Of a stretch of DNA of 64,000 bases, positions 1 to 10,970 are shown in pieces. The stretch is from Escherichia coli (GTDB taxonomy: Bacteria; Pseudomonadota; Gammaproteobacteria; Enterobacterales; Enterobacteriaceae): the NCBI RefSeq assembly GCF_044647545.1, contig NZ_CP172818.1; one strand, written 5' to 3'. A program made the position numbers and the translations under genes. The notes below the pieces were generated by a model. That model saw only the letters and a list, made by a program, of their open reading frames with translations. It had not been told where the DNA came from and did no database searches. How positions within the stretch are numbered: the stretch's first letter is position 1; each line of letters opens with the position of its first letter.

Positions 1-735
1 GTGGAAACCAGCGACGGTGACGGCTATATCTACTGCGTGATTGAACATCAAAGTTCTGCAGAAAAGAATATGGCTTTTCGACTAATGCGCTATGCCACCG
101 CCGCCATGCAGCGCCATCTGGACAAAGGCTATGACAGAGTCCCGCTGGTGGTGCCGTTGCTGTTTTATCATGGCGAAACCTCGCCCTACCCATACTCACT
201 TAACTGGCTGGATGAGTTTGATGATCCGCAACTTGCCCGGCAGTTGTACACCGAAGCTTTTCCGTTGGTGGATATCACCATCGTACCTGACGATGAGATC
301 ATGCAACATCGGCGTATAGCTCTGCTGGAACTGATTCAAAAGCATATTCGCGACCGCGATTTAATCGGTATGGTCGACAGGATCACCACGCTTTTGGTTA
401 GAGGCTTCACTAATGACAGCCAGCTACAAACACTGTTTAATTATCTGCTGCAATGCGGCGATACCTCCCGTTTCACCCGTTTTATTCAGGAGATTGCCGA
501 ACGTTCACCACTACAAAAGGAGAGATTAATGACTATTGCTGAACGGCTACGGCAGGAAGGGCATCAAATTGGTTGGCAGGAGGGGAAGTTGGAGGGTTTG
601 CAGAAAGGCAAAGTAGAAGGTATGCATGAACAAGCCATTAAAATTGCCTTGCGCATGCTGGAACAGGGCTTTGAACGTGAGATTGTGCTGGCGACAACCC
701 AACTCACTGATGCTGATATTCCGAACTGTTATTAA
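1..735 (+). CDS. rpnE: Rpn (YhgA-like, transposase_31/PD-(D/E)XK) recombination-promoting nuclease, 5' end probably cut by the window edge (frame opens at nt 1 with GTG)
   Basis: ORF 1..735 translation; Rpn-family core ([11 protein letters not shown]...[18 protein letters not shown]...) paralogous to the rpnB product at 63053..63943; position upstream of rhmA matches K-12 yfaD (from memory). Confidence 0.8.
   Translation: METSDGDGYIYCVIEHQSSAEKNMAFRLMRYATAAMQRHLDKGYDRVPLVVPLLFYHGETSPYPYSLNWLDEFDDPQLARQLYTEAFPLVDITIVPDDEIMQHRRIALLELIQKHIRDRDLIGMVDRITTLLVRGFTNDSQLQTLFNYLLQCGDTSRFTRFIQEIAERSPLQKERLMTIAERLRQEGHQIGWQEGKLEGLQKGKVEGMHEQAIKIALRMLEQGFEREIVLATTQLTDADIPNCY
529..735 (+). CDS. putative internally initiated small protein comprising the Rpn C-terminal tail (RpnS-like), in frame inside rpnE
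   Basis: In-frame ATG at 529 preceded by AAAAGGAGAGATTA (SD AGGAG); the same 46-nt SD+ATG block heads ypaA at 734..779. Inference; not demonstrated here. Confidence 0.35.
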   Translation: MTIAERLRQEGHQIGWQEGKLEGLQKGKVEGMHEQAIKIALRMLEQGFEREIVLATTQLTDADIPNCY

Positions 736-747
736 AAGGAGAGATTA

Positions 748-933
748 ATGACTATTGCTGAACGGCTACGGCAGGAAGGACACCAAATTGGCTGGCAGGA
801 GGGTAAATTAGAAGGCATGCATGAACAAGCCATTAAAATTGCCTTGCGCATGCTGGAACAGGGCATTGATCGTGACCAGGTGCTCGCGGCCACTCAGCTA
901 AGCGAAGCCGATCTGGCAGCGAATAACCACTAA
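748..933 (+). CDS. ypaA: Rpn tail-domain small protein, stand-alone copy of the rpnE C-terminal module
   Basis: ORF 748..933 (61 aa, [23 protein letters not shown]...) nearly repeats rpnE residues 177 onward; own SD AGGAG at 738..742. Confidence 0.7.
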   Translation: MTIAERLRQEGHQIGWQEGKLEGMHEQAIKIALRMLEQGIDRDQVLAATQLSEADLAANNH

Positions 934-973
934 TTAACACAGGCCCACAGCCGATCCCCATGGGCCTTTGATA

Positions 974-1777
974 TCAATAACTACCTTTTACGCGTGGCCC
1001 ATTTTTGCCTGATTTAAACATCGCCAGTCGTTGATCCAGGGCATCGCTGTAGAGCATCGTGTCAACGCCAACAGCGACAAAGTTCGCTCCCCACGCCAGG
1101 CATTGCTGCGCCATATCAGGAGCCACAGCCAGAAAACCAGCAGCTTTACCCGCAGCACGGATCCGCCGAATGCTGGTTTCAATAATTCGCTGCACTTCCG
1201 GGTGCCCGGCGTTATCCGGGTAGCCCAACGAGGCAGAAAGATCCGCAGGTCCAATAAACACGCCATCAATTCCTTCGACGCCGAGGATTTCGTCCAGGTT
1301 ATCCAGTGCCGTCTTACTTTCCACCTGCACCAACAGACAAAGCGAATCGTTGACGTGCGCCATGTAATTCTCAATGCGTCCCCAGCGAGCAGCCCGTGCC
1401 ACACTGGCCCCAACACCACGCTCACCGTAGGGAGGATAGCGCGTGGCAGACACCACCTGACGTGCCTGATCGGCAGTATCGACCATCGGGATCAGTAGAG
1501 TTTGCGCGCCAATATCCAGGACTTGTTTAATCAGCGACTTACTGGCTTCCACCGGACGGATCACGGGTTGGCTGGCATAGGGCGCTACCGCCTGTAGCTG
1601 GTGATAAAGATCCTGAATGGTGTTTGGCGCGTGCTCCCCGTCAATCAGCAACCAGTCATAACCGGAGGTGGCGGCAATTTCTGCCATATAAGAAGTAGTC
1701 GAGCTTAACCACAGACCAATTTGCACTTCGCCCTTGCGTAAACGTTCTTTAAAGGGATTGCTTAATAATGCGTTCAT
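974..1777 (-). CDS. rhmA: 2-keto-3-deoxy-L-rhamnonate aldolase (HpcH/HpaI aldolase family)
   Basis: ORF 974..2080 minus; recognised protein begins at internal ATG ([13 protein letters not shown]..., 267 aa), giving start 1777; the longer ORF overlaps rhmT. Confidence 0.85.
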
Positions 1778-1794
1778 CGTGTTCCTTAACCTAT

Positions 1795-3084
1795 TTAATG
1801 ATGTGCCACGTCGGTCTGCGCAACAGTGCGATTTACACGCAGAGTGAAAATAATCAGCGAACCGATGACCGCCACCGCTGCCAGCGTCAGTAATCCCGCC
1901 GCATCGCTGGAAAATAACGTTTCTGCTTTCACGCGCAGGATCGGGGCAATAAACCCGCCCACTGCACCAAACAGGTTTACAAAACCAATCCCCGCAGCCA
2001 GCGCCGTACCGGAAAGCAGTTGTGTCGGCATCGTCCAGAACACCGGCTGCACGGCAATAAACCCGATGGCTGCAACACACAGCGCTACGATCGCCAGTAC
2101 TGGAGAAAGCAGCCCGGACAGACCAATACCAATGCCCGCCGCCAGTAATGTCAGCGCTGCGACATTACGCCGTTCGCCGGTTTTATCGGAATAGCGCGGA
2201 ATAAGCCAGGTTCCAAACAAGGCCGCAACCCACGGAATGGCGGTGACCACCGACGCCGTAAAGCCCACTTTTGTCCCCAGCAATGCAGCAACCTGGGTCG
2301 GCAGGAAGAAAATTAATCCGTAAACCGCTACCTGAATGGTCAGGTAGATAATCGCCAGTTGCCAGACTCGCCCATTACGCAGCGCATCGCTCAGTCGGGA
2401 AGTCACTTTCTGTTGTTCTTCACTTGCCAGTTGGTTGATAAGCAACGTTTTTTCTTCTTTACTCAGAAAACGTGCCTGCTCCGGTGTGTCATCAAGCCAA
2501 AAGAATGTGAATACCCCAGCGCCGACTGCCAACAATCCTTCAATAACAAACATCCAGAACCAGCCGGGATGCCCCATAAATCCATGCATCTCCAGCAGCG
2601 CGCCAGAAAGCGGTGATCCCAGTGTTAACGCCAGCGGTGCGCCCATATAGAACAGCCCCATAATGCTGGCGCGATTACGCTGCGGAAACCATTGCGAGGT
2701 GAGATAAATCATACCAGGGAAAAACCCAGCCTCCGCAGCACCAAGCAGAGTGCGAACAATCAGAAATTTCGCTTCAGTATCGGCCCATGCCATGGCAGCC
2801 GAAAGAAATCCCCACAGCAGTGTTGTCGTACCAATCCAGGTTCTTGCCCCCAGTTTGCGCATCAAAAGATTCGCCGGAACCCCCAGAAACGCGTATACCA
2901 CAAAGAAAATGCCTGCTCCCAGCGCATAAGCTTCATTACTCAGCCCGGTATCAATCTGGTAGGTCTGTTTGGCAAAACCAATATTCGAACGGTCGAGAAA
3001 CGCCAGCACATACAGCGCCAACATAAACGGAATTAAACGCGCGCGGTTTTTCTTCACCACGGCGTCAAGCAAAGCGGTGCTCAT
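1795..3084 (-). CDS. rhmT: MFS transporter, putative L-rhamnonate transporter
   Basis: ORF 1795..3123 minus; multi-pass membrane protein; start taken at ATG 3084 ([10 protein letters not shown]...) which has an AAGGAG SD immediately upstream on the minus strand; 3123 is an alternative. Confidence 0.8.
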
Positions 3085-3140
3085 AAAAAGCTCCTTAGAA
3101 TATGTGGGCGTTACCGTTGTCACAGCAACGCCCGGAGTGA

Positions 3141-4346
3141 TTAGTGGCTGTAGGGGCGTTTCAAATTGCAGTCACGATTGAGTTCGACGCCGAAACCGGG
3201 TTTATCAAGCACTGATTTATGAATACGACCATTCACCGGAACCGGCTCATTAAGCAGAATCGGATCAAATTGCGGACGCATCGTTGAACAATCCGGGCTG
3301 GTCATCAGGAATTCACTGAATGGCGTATTGGTGAAGGTGATCACCGCATGGTGGGAGTAAACAGACGAACCGTGCGGCACCACCAGTTGCCCCCTGGATT
3401 TGGCGATTGCGGCAATTTCCACCAGCGTGGTTAAGCCACCGCACCAGCCAACATCCGGCTGCATGATGTCGATACCGGTTTCTGAAAGCGTACGAAAAGA
3501 TTGCAGTGTGCCGTGGTGCTCACCGCTGGTGACCATCATCCCCGCTGGTGCGTTGCGTTTCAGTTCGCGATAACCTTCATACTGCTGTGGCGGCAGGCAC
3601 TCTTCGATCCATTTCAGGTTATAGGGCGCGCAAGCGTGGGCCAGTTTGGTGGCATAGTTCACGTCCTGACTCATCCAGCAGTCGAGCATTAACCAGAAAT
3701 CCTCACCGCATTTTTCACGCATATCCGCGACCATAGCGGCATCTTTGCGGATCCCCGCATCGCCATCATGTGGCCCCCAGTGCGTCGGCATTTTGCCACC
3801 GATGAAGCCCATCTCTTTTGCCAGATCCGGACGCGCACCTGTGGCGTAGAACTGAATCTCATCACGAACTGCGCCGCCTAAAAGTTTATAAACCGGAAGC
3901 CCGACCACTTTGCCGAACAGATCCCACAGAGCCAGATCGACACAGGAAATCGTATTCATCACCAGGCCACCAGAGCCGGAGTAATACAGGGTGGCATTGA
4001 GCATTTGATCGTGGATCAGTTTGATATCACTGACACATTTACCCTCAATGAAACGGTTAAGGTGTTTTTCGACAATAAAACAGCCCATTTCACCGGCTGT
4101 CGAAACGGCGAATCCGGTCTGGCCGTTTTCTGCTTCGACTTCAACAATCAACGTGCCAAGAACGTTAATGCCAAATGACTGGCGTGACTGCTCGTAATCG
4201 CGGTATTTACTCATCGGGGTGGCAATATGATCGTCAATCCAGTGATTCGCCCCCTGGTCGTGATAATCACCACCGCCAGCGCCTTTTTCTGCTGTCGCAC
4301 CGCCAGTAAACCAGGCGCGAACCTGTTTGATTTTTGGTAGGGTCAT
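3141..4346 (-). CDS. rhmD: L-rhamnonate dehydratase (enolase superfamily)
   Basis: ORF 3141..4358 minus; start taken at ATG 4346 ([13 protein letters not shown]..., 401 aa) with GGAGA SD upstream; enolase-superfamily sequence recognised. Confidence 0.85.
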   Translation of the reverse strand: MTLPKIKQVRAWFTGGATAEKGAGGGDYHDQGANHWIDDHIATPMSKYRDYEQSRQSFGINVLGTLIVEVEAENGQTGFAVSTAGEMGCFIVEKHLNRFIEGKCVSDIKLIHDQMLNATLYYSGSGGLVMNTISCVDLALWDLFGKVVGLPVYKLLGGAVRDEIQFYATGARPDLAKEMGFIGGKMPTHWGPHDGDAGIRKDAAMVADMREKCGEDFWLMLDCWMSQDVNYATKLAHACAPYNLKWIEECLPPQQYEGYRELKRNAPAGMMVTSGEHHGTLQSFRTLSETGIDIMQPDVGWCGGLTTLVEIAAIAKSRGQLVVPHGSSVYSHHAVITFTNTPFSEFLMTSPDCSTMRPQFDPILLNEPVPVNGRIHKSVLDKPGFGVELNRDCNLKRPYSH

Positions 4347-4360
4347 GCTGTTCTCCATTG

Positions 4361-5143
4361 TTATGAGGCCTGTAAGTCAAAGGGACTTTTCCATCCCAAC
4401 AGACGTGAAATATCCCTGGCGCAGGCAATAGCCTTGCCCGCCAGATAATCACGGTATTCTTCATTGATTTGTAAGCGGGTACCGACCACCGAGATCGCAG
4501 CGGTAAGCTCGTTATTGGCGTTAAACACCGGCGCAGCGACACAACGGACATCGGCGTAATCTTCGCCGTTGTCATAGCTCCAGCCCTGACGGCGAATACG
4601 CGCCAGTTCTTCGTGAAGTTGCTGTGGATGAGTAATCGTTGTGGGTGTCGCCTGCTCCCAGATCAGCCCTTCGATAATACTTTGCTGTACAGCGGCTGGT
4701 TGCCAGGCAAGAAGGCATTTCCCGATGCCGGAGCGATAAAGCGAAAGGCTTTTCCCTTCATGGGAACGCACGCTGATGGTGGCTGAAGACTCCACTTTCA
4801 GAATGTAATAAGCACTACCGTTATCGATGATCCCAAGGTGGCATAACAGCCCGGTGGTATCCATCAGTTGCGTCAAACGCGGTCGAGCCAGTTCCCGGAG
4901 ATCCATCTTGCTTAACGCATGACCGGAAAGCTCCACCAGCTTGGTCCACAAACAAAAATTTTCCTGGTGATCAAGGCTAAGAAAACGCTGACGCCTGAGT
5001 TCATTAAGCAGCAAATAGGCCGTGCTTTTAGGGATCCCCAATGTGTCAATGATCGTCGCAGCACTACAGGGGCCAATGCGGGCAATCAAATTGAGAATAT
5101 CAATAGCCCGTGTCAGGGCGGGAACTTTGCTTGATTCCAACAT
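4361..5143 (-). CDS. rhmR: IclR-family transcriptional regulator of the rhm operon
   Basis: ORF 4361..5143 minus, 260 aa; N-terminal HTH ([11 protein letters not shown]...[13 protein letters not shown]) typical of IclR family; adjacent to rhmDTA. Confidence 0.85.
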   Translation of the reverse strand: MLESSKVPALTRAIDILNLIARIGPCSAATIIDTLGIPKSTAYLLLNELRRQRFLSLDHQENFCLWTKLVELSGHALSKMDLRELARPRLTQLMDTTGLLCHLGIIDNGSAYYILKVESSATISVRSHEGKSLSLYRSGIGKCLLAWQPAAVQQSIIEGLIWEQATPTTITHPQQLHEELARIRRQGWSYDNGEDYADVRCVAAPVFNANNELTAAISVVGTRLQINEEYRDYLAGKAIACARDISRLLGWKSPFDLQAS

Positions 5144-5362
5144 ACTGGACTCCAGTCTTAGATACTGGAATCAGTCTCGTTGCTCAGGGGGAGTAAAATT
5201 GTGAAGCGCATCAAATCCCGCTCCTCGTCCAGCGGACTGGAGAAATTACGCACAAATTTGTGAATCAGCGCACGGATTTTTTCTTATTGAGTACAACAGG
5301 TTGGACAAATTTTGCCGGAGGGGGAATGTGCCGGTGCAGTAAACCGGCACAGAGTGGCGGAA

Positions 5363-6565
5363 TCAGACAGATAAGGTCATGGACTCAACAACCTCAATCC
5401 AGCCATGCTCACTGGCGATGTCCTGGCCGTTTAACCAACGGCGCAGCATATTCAGTGCCATCATTGCGCACACTTCCTGACGGATAGCCAGGCTGTAGCG
5501 CGTAGTGCTGAAACGCACACGCAGAGCGAAAGTGCCGTCTGGCGTGGCTAGCGCAAAGTTGAGATGCTCGTTCTCGAAACCCGAAACAGCCAGTGCCAGC
5601 CCGGCAAAATGGTTGGCCCGCCGTTCTGTCATCCAGTGCGCAGTTTGCGCCAGGGTTTCTTCCTGTGAAGGAACCACTTCACACGCCAGCAATGGAGCAC
5701 CTGCGCGAGAAAGTTGCAAAGCCAATAAACCGCCGGTGAATTGCTCGCTCAACGTCAGGCTGAACTGGCGGTTTTGCAATTCGCGACTGATCTGCGCGGG
5801 CAGTCCTTCGGTGCCTTCGAAAATCACGCTCTGTCCGGCAACTCGTTTAACGTCCAGCCACAGTTTTTCCATCGCCTGTTGCTCGCTTGCCGGTCCGGTG
5901 AGCTTCAGTTCGATGATCGGCATTGAGGAGCGATAGCCCATTGTTACGCCCGGCGGCAGTTGTAGAGTGTCCAGGCTTTGTGCCAGATCGCTTTCCGAAC
6001 GACCAAAGGTAGTCAAACGCAGACAAACCGGCGGCTGCGGTAAAGAAAAACGCTCGCGCAAGCGCGGCAGGATTTCGTGCTCGACCATCACCTTAAATTC
6101 TGACGGTACGCCAGGGGTAAAGAACATCAGGCAACGATTAAGCTGCACGGCAAAACCACAGGCGGTGCCTACCGGGTTATTGATAAATTCAGCACTGGCA
6201 GGCAGCTCTGCTTGTTTACGGTTGCTCGGTGCCATTACTCGTCCACGTTCGTGGAAATAGCGTTCCATCTCTTTGAGCCAGGCTTCATGCAACACCAGGC
6301 CTTCACCTTTTGCTGTCGCAGCGGCGAGTGCGCTTAAATCATCACTGGTCGGCCCCAGCCCGCCGTTAACGATCAGCACATCGGCGTGCTGACTCCGTTC
6401 GCGAAGAATGGTGACTAAGTCATCAAGGTTATCCCCCACCGTATTGCGGCGAGATAATGGCAACCCCTGATGAAAGAAAAAATCGGCCAGCCAGGCAGCG
6501 TTAGTGTCAACGATTTGCCCGTGTAACACTTCATCCCCGGTGGATAACATTTCCACTTTTAACAT
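5363..6565 (-). CDS. yfaY: CinA-like protein (MoCF-binding domain plus CinA C-terminal domain)
   Basis: ORF 5363..6565 minus, 400 aa; recognised as E. coli YfaY from memory. Confidence 0.8.
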   Translation of the reverse strand: MLKVEMLSTGDEVLHGQIVDTNAAWLADFFFHQGLPLSRRNTVGDNLDDLVTILRERSQHADVLIVNGGLGPTSDDLSALAAATAKGEGLVLHEAWLKEMERYFHERGRVMAPSNRKQAELPASAEFINNPVGTACGFAVQLNRCLMFFTPGVPSEFKVMVEHEILPRLRERFSLPQPPVCLRLTTFGRSESDLAQSLDTLQLPPGVTMGYRSSMPIIELKLTGPASEQQAMEKLWLDVKRVAGQSVIFEGTEGLPAQISRELQNRQFSLTLSEQFTGGLLALQLSRAGAPLLACEVVPSQEETLAQTAHWMTERRANHFAGLALAVSGFENEHLNFALATPDGTFALRVRFSTTRYSLAIRQEVCAMMALNMLRRWLNGQDIASEHGWIEVVESMTLSV

Positions 6566-6635
6566 GGTTATCTCCTGCTTTTGTTATCGAATCACTATAA
6601 CGCAAAGGGAGATAAGGCGTAGTAAGAAACTGAAT

Positions 6636-6656
6636 GGCGCGGCAGAATGCCGCGCC
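6636..6656 (-). terminator. GC-rich hairpin (GGCGCGGC-agaat-GCCGCGCC) downstream of yfaZ; candidate terminator, weak U-tract
   Basis: Perfect 8-bp inverted repeat read directly in sequence just 3' of the yfaZ stop. Confidence 0.3.
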
Positions 6657-6664
6657 GGAAGGGA

Positions 6665-7207
6665 TCAGAAACTGGCGTTAACCCCCACATACGGGCCGTC
6701 AGCCACGGCGTTGTCGCGGTTACCGTCTTTACCCGACAGATTCAGGTAGCGATAACCCGCCTCAATACTGACTGGACGCATAATGGTGTAACGCGCGCCC
6801 GCATTCGCTTCCTCATAACTTTGAATACCGCTGGAGAGCGAATCCGGGGAGTAATAATACTCGCCAAACAGACGGAAACTGTTGCCAATTTTCCACTGCA
6901 AACCACCTCCTACCGCTGCGGCATAACCTTCATCGCCGTAATTCGGGTTGGTGTAAACGCCTTTTCCGCCAACGGTCGCCATTAACGGCCCGAGAGGCAG
7001 ATTCAACCCCAGCCCCACGCCCGCGACGTCACCGTCGTCGTCGTTATGTGTCCAGTTACCGCTTAACGCCAGGCCCGTCGATTCAGTCCCAAAACCGACA
7101 CCAATATTGGTGTATTCTTTACCCGCCTGACCGCTGATGCTCATTGCATTGACCGATGCAGAAACCAACAGCATTCCGGCCAGACCTGCTAGCGCAATTT
7201 TTTTCAT
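6665..7207 (-). CDS. yfaZ: outer-membrane beta-barrel family protein with signal peptide
   Basis: ORF 6665..7207 minus, 180 aa; N-terminal signal sequence MKKIALAGLAGMLLVSASVNA, C-terminal F; recognised as YfaZ. Confidence 0.8.
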   Translation of the reverse strand: MKKIALAGLAGMLLVSASVNAMSISGQAGKEYTNIGVGFGTESTGLALSGNWTHNDDDGDVAGVGLGLNLPLGPLMATVGGKGVYTNPNYGDEGYAAAVGGGLQWKIGNSFRLFGEYYYSPDSLSSGIQSYEEANAGARYTIMRPVSIEAGYRYLNLSGKDGNRDNAVADGPYVGVNASF

Positions 7208-7484
7208 ATCCCCTTTCCCACAAGCAATTAATCAAAATTCCCAAAGCTGCGGGATTGTACTGCCTGGCGCAGAGGATTCAATGAGCGAAAAAAGGGATCT
7301 AGTCACTTATTGTAACTAAATACTTCTTAAATAATTAAACGCCGCAAAAATAAACACACTTTATCGATACACACAAAAATAATAATAAGTACAGTTATCA
7401 TCGCAAAAGAGATTACTGTCACTTTCACATATTTCTGAGTTACCGTATTCTCATGGTTTCTTTTTATTTATAAGGAATACCCCT

Positions 7485-7910
7485 GTGCGACAACGGACTA
7501 TTGTATGCCCTTTGATTCAAAATGATGGTGCTTATTTGCTGTGTAAAATGGCCGACGATCGCGGCGTTTTCCCCGGTCAATGGGCGCTTTCGGGTGGCGG
7601 CGTAGAGCCTGGCGAACGAATTGAAGAGGCACTACGCCGCGAAATTCGCGAAGAACTGGGAGAACAGCTGCTTTTGACAGAAATCACGCCGTGGACCTTC
7701 AGCGATGATATTCGCACCAAGACGTATGCAGATGGTCGCAAGGAAGAGATTTATATGATTTACCTGATTTTTGACTGCGTTTCTGCCAACCGAGAAGTGA
7801 AAATAAACGAAGAGTTTCAGGACTACGCGTGGGTAAAACCTGAAGATCTAGTGCACTATGATTTGAATGTCGCCACCCGAAAAACGTTACGTTTGAAAGG
7901 TCTTCTGTAA
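7485..7910 (+). CDS. nudI: Nudix hydrolase (nucleoside triphosphatase NudI)
   Basis: ORF 7485..7910, GTG start with AAGGA SD 8 nt upstream; Nudix box [23 protein letters not shown] present. Confidence 0.85.
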   Translation: MRQRTIVCPLIQNDGAYLLCKMADDRGVFPGQWALSGGGVEPGERIEEALRREIREELGEQLLLTEITPWTFSDDIRTKTYADGRKEEIYMIYLIFDCVSANREVKINEEFQDYAWVKPEDLVHYDLNVATRKTLRLKGLL

Positions 7911-7948
7911 CAATGATGACAGCCATTACTGGCTGTCAGATTGAAAAT

Positions 7949-8551
7949 TTAGTGGTTAACGAATTCCCCATCCAGATAAACTTTGCCTTTTTCCACATGC
8001 ATGACTAAACCATCCAGATAATCAGGTTTAAATGTCGCATCACGCTTATCTTTAGCAATATATGTCAGGCAATGATTATGGGTAAAAATAACGATATTTT
8101 TATCAGGTGCTTTGCTTTGTAAGTCCTTAATTGCACTATAAATCTCATTACCGCATTGAAGAAATCGTTTATCTACCGTCAATTTTTTACCCGCTGAAAA
8201 CCAGGTCGCCGACTGAATGGTCCGGACGGTATTACTGGAATAAAGATCGAAATCAGGGATATCAGCACTAAAAGCGTTGCCCAGTTCACGGGCATCCTGG
8301 GTACCTTTGACCGTAATACCTGTTTTATCTGACAAGCATTGATTGGTTGAACGATCGCAACGTTCAGCATGGCGAAACAAAACGACAACCGGGTGCTGCT
8401 GTGCCAGTCTGGCCAGCGTTTTATTGTCGATACGTGGCAAACCATTGCTACTCCAGGCGGCATGAGTACCCAGTCCGGCAATTGCAGCGAGCGCCAGTAA
8501 AATGATGAAATATTTTTTTGACTTCAACGAAGAGCGGCAAAAAGCTAACAC
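7949..8551 (-). CDS. ais: lipopolysaccharide core heptose(II)-phosphate phosphatase (histidine phosphatase family)
   Basis: ORF 7949..8608 minus; recognised Ais sequence begins at in-frame GTG 8551 (200 aa); ATG at 8608 is an alternative start; RHAER histidine-phosphatase motif present. Confidence 0.75.
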   Translation of the reverse strand: MLAFCRSSLKSKKYFIILLALAAIAGLGTHAAWSSNGLPRIDNKTLARLAQQHPVVVLFRHAERCDRSTNQCLSDKTGITVKGTQDARELGNAFSADIPDFDLYSSNTVRTIQSATWFSAGKKLTVDKRFLQCGNEIYSAIKDLQSKAPDKNIVIFTHNHCLTYIAKDKRDATFKPDYLDGLVMHVEKGKVYLDGEFVNH

Positions 8552-8743
8552 GTAAACTCCACCTATAGACAAGCGCAACCAGACAATTACCGTGAAATTG
8601 AGCGACATTTCTGGCGATAATTAGCAGTTGGTGTAATATTAAAAATCCTGCGATGCCGGCAAAATGCCTCAAAATTTTGCCAAATGCAAAGCCTAAATAA
8701 GAAAAAATATAAAAATTTCAATATTTACGTCTAATATTAGTTT

Positions 8744-8760
8744 CTTAAGGTTAAGTTAAT
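8744..8760 (+). promoter_or_regulatory. PmrA (BasR) box-like direct repeat CTTAAG-GTTAA-GTTAAT upstream of arnB
   Basis: Hexamer direct repeat with 5-bp spacer read in sequence about 80 bp upstream of the arnB ATG; matches the known YTTAAK-N5-YTTAAK PmrA box architecture (established knowledge). Confidence 0.6.
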
Positions 8761-8840
8761 ATTCTATCCTTAAAATTTTGCTCCAAATGGCAAAATATAC
8801 ACAACACTCTTTATAGCAAATATAAGTGGACAGGTATTCA

Positions 8841-9998
8841 ATGGCGGAAGGAAAAGCAATGTCAGAATTTTTGCCTTTTTCGCGACCAGCAATGGGCGTG
8901 GAGGAACTCGCTGCAGTTAAAGAGGTTCTCGAATCCGGTTGGATCACAACCGGTCCGAAGAATCAGGCGCTTGAACAAGCCTTTTGCCAGTTGACGGGAA
9001 ATCAGCATGCCATCGCGGTCAGTTCAGCCACCGCCGGAATGCATATCACGCTAATGGCGTTGGAAATTGGCAAGGGCGATGAAGTGATTACGCCTTCCCT
9101 GACCTGGGTTTCAACCCTCAATATGATCTCCTTGTTGGGTGCAACGCCGGTAATGGTGGATGTCGACCGCGATACGCTGATGGTCACGCCTGAAGCGATC
9201 GAGTCAGCCATTACGCCACGCACTAAAGCCATCATTCCGGTGCATTATGCCGGTGCGCCAGCAGATATTGACGCCATTCGCGCCATTGGCGAACGTTACG
9301 GCATCGCAGTTATCGAAGATGCTGCCCATGCCGTCGGTACGTATTACAAAGGGCGACATATTGGCGCAAAAGGTACCGCTATTTTTTCATTTCATGCCAT
9401 TAAAAATATTACCTGTGCTGAAGGTGGCCTGATTGTAACTGATAATGAAAACCTTGCCCGCCAGCTACGGATGCTGAAATTTCACGGTCTGGGTGTCGAT
9501 GCCTATGACAGACAAACCTGGGGCCGTGCACCGCAAGCTGAAGTCTTAACACCGGGCTATAAGTACAATCTGACCGATATTAACGCCGCGATTGCCCTGA
9601 CACAGTTAGCAAAATTAGAGCACCTCAACACCCGTCGGCGCGAAATTGTCCAGCAATATCAGCAAGCACTGGCAGCTCTCCCCTTTCAGCCATTAAGCCT
9701 TCCCGCCTGGCCGCACGTTCACGCCTGGCATCTGTTTATTATTCGTGTCGATGAACAACGTTGTGGTATCAGTCGCGATGCGTTGATGGAAGCGTTAAAA
9801 GAAAGAGGTATTGGTACCGGGTTACATTTCCGCGCCGCTCACACACAAAAATATTATCGCGAGCGTTTTCCCACGCTGTCGTTACCGAATACCGAATGGA
9901 ATAGCGAACGCATCTGTTCGTTGCCGCTGTTCCCGGATATGACCACCGCCGATGCCGACCGCGTCATCACAGCCCTTCAGCAACTCGCAGGACAATAA
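8841..9998 (+). CDS. arnB: UDP-4-amino-4-deoxy-L-arabinose--oxoglutarate aminotransferase (DegT/ArnB family, PLP)
   Basis: ORF 8826..9998 (GTG at 8826); ATG at 8841 taken as start; ATG 8859 has a better SD (AAGGA) and is an alternative. Confidence 0.9.
   Translation: MAEGKAMSEFLPFSRPAMGVEELAAVKEVLESGWITTGPKNQALEQAFCQLTGNQHAIAVSSATAGMHITLMALEIGKGDEVITPSLTWVSTLNMISLLGATPVMVDVDRDTLMVTPEAIESAITPRTKAIIPVHYAGAPADIDAIRAIGERYGIAVIEDAAHAVGTYYKGRHIGAKGTAIFSFHAIKNITCAEGGLIVTDNENLARQLRMLKFHGLGVDAYDRQTWGRAPQAEVLTPGYKYNLTDINAAIALTQLAKLEHLNTRRREIVQQYQQALAALPFQPLSLPAWPHVHAWHLFIIRVDEQRCGISRDALMEALKERGIGTGLHFRAAHTQKYYRERFPTLSLPNTEWNSERICSLPLFPDMTTADADRVITALQQLAGQ

Positions 9999-10969
<971 letters not shown>

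Positions 10970-10970
<1 letters not shown>

Noticed and set aside
974-2080. 368-aa extended form of the rhmA ORF
   Set aside because: The N-terminal 101 residues overlap rhmT on the same strand in another frame and are Cys/Arg-rich nonsense; the recognisable aldolase begins at the internal ATG at 1777.
5260-5487. 75-aa ORF in the rhmR-yfaY intergenic region, with the hairpin GTGCCGGT-gcagtaa-ACCGGCAC at 5327..5349
   Set aside because: The ORF runs antisense into the yfaY 3' end and has no RBS. The hairpin has no U-tract on either strand, so I did not call it a terminator; it may be a structural or REP-like element of low consequence.
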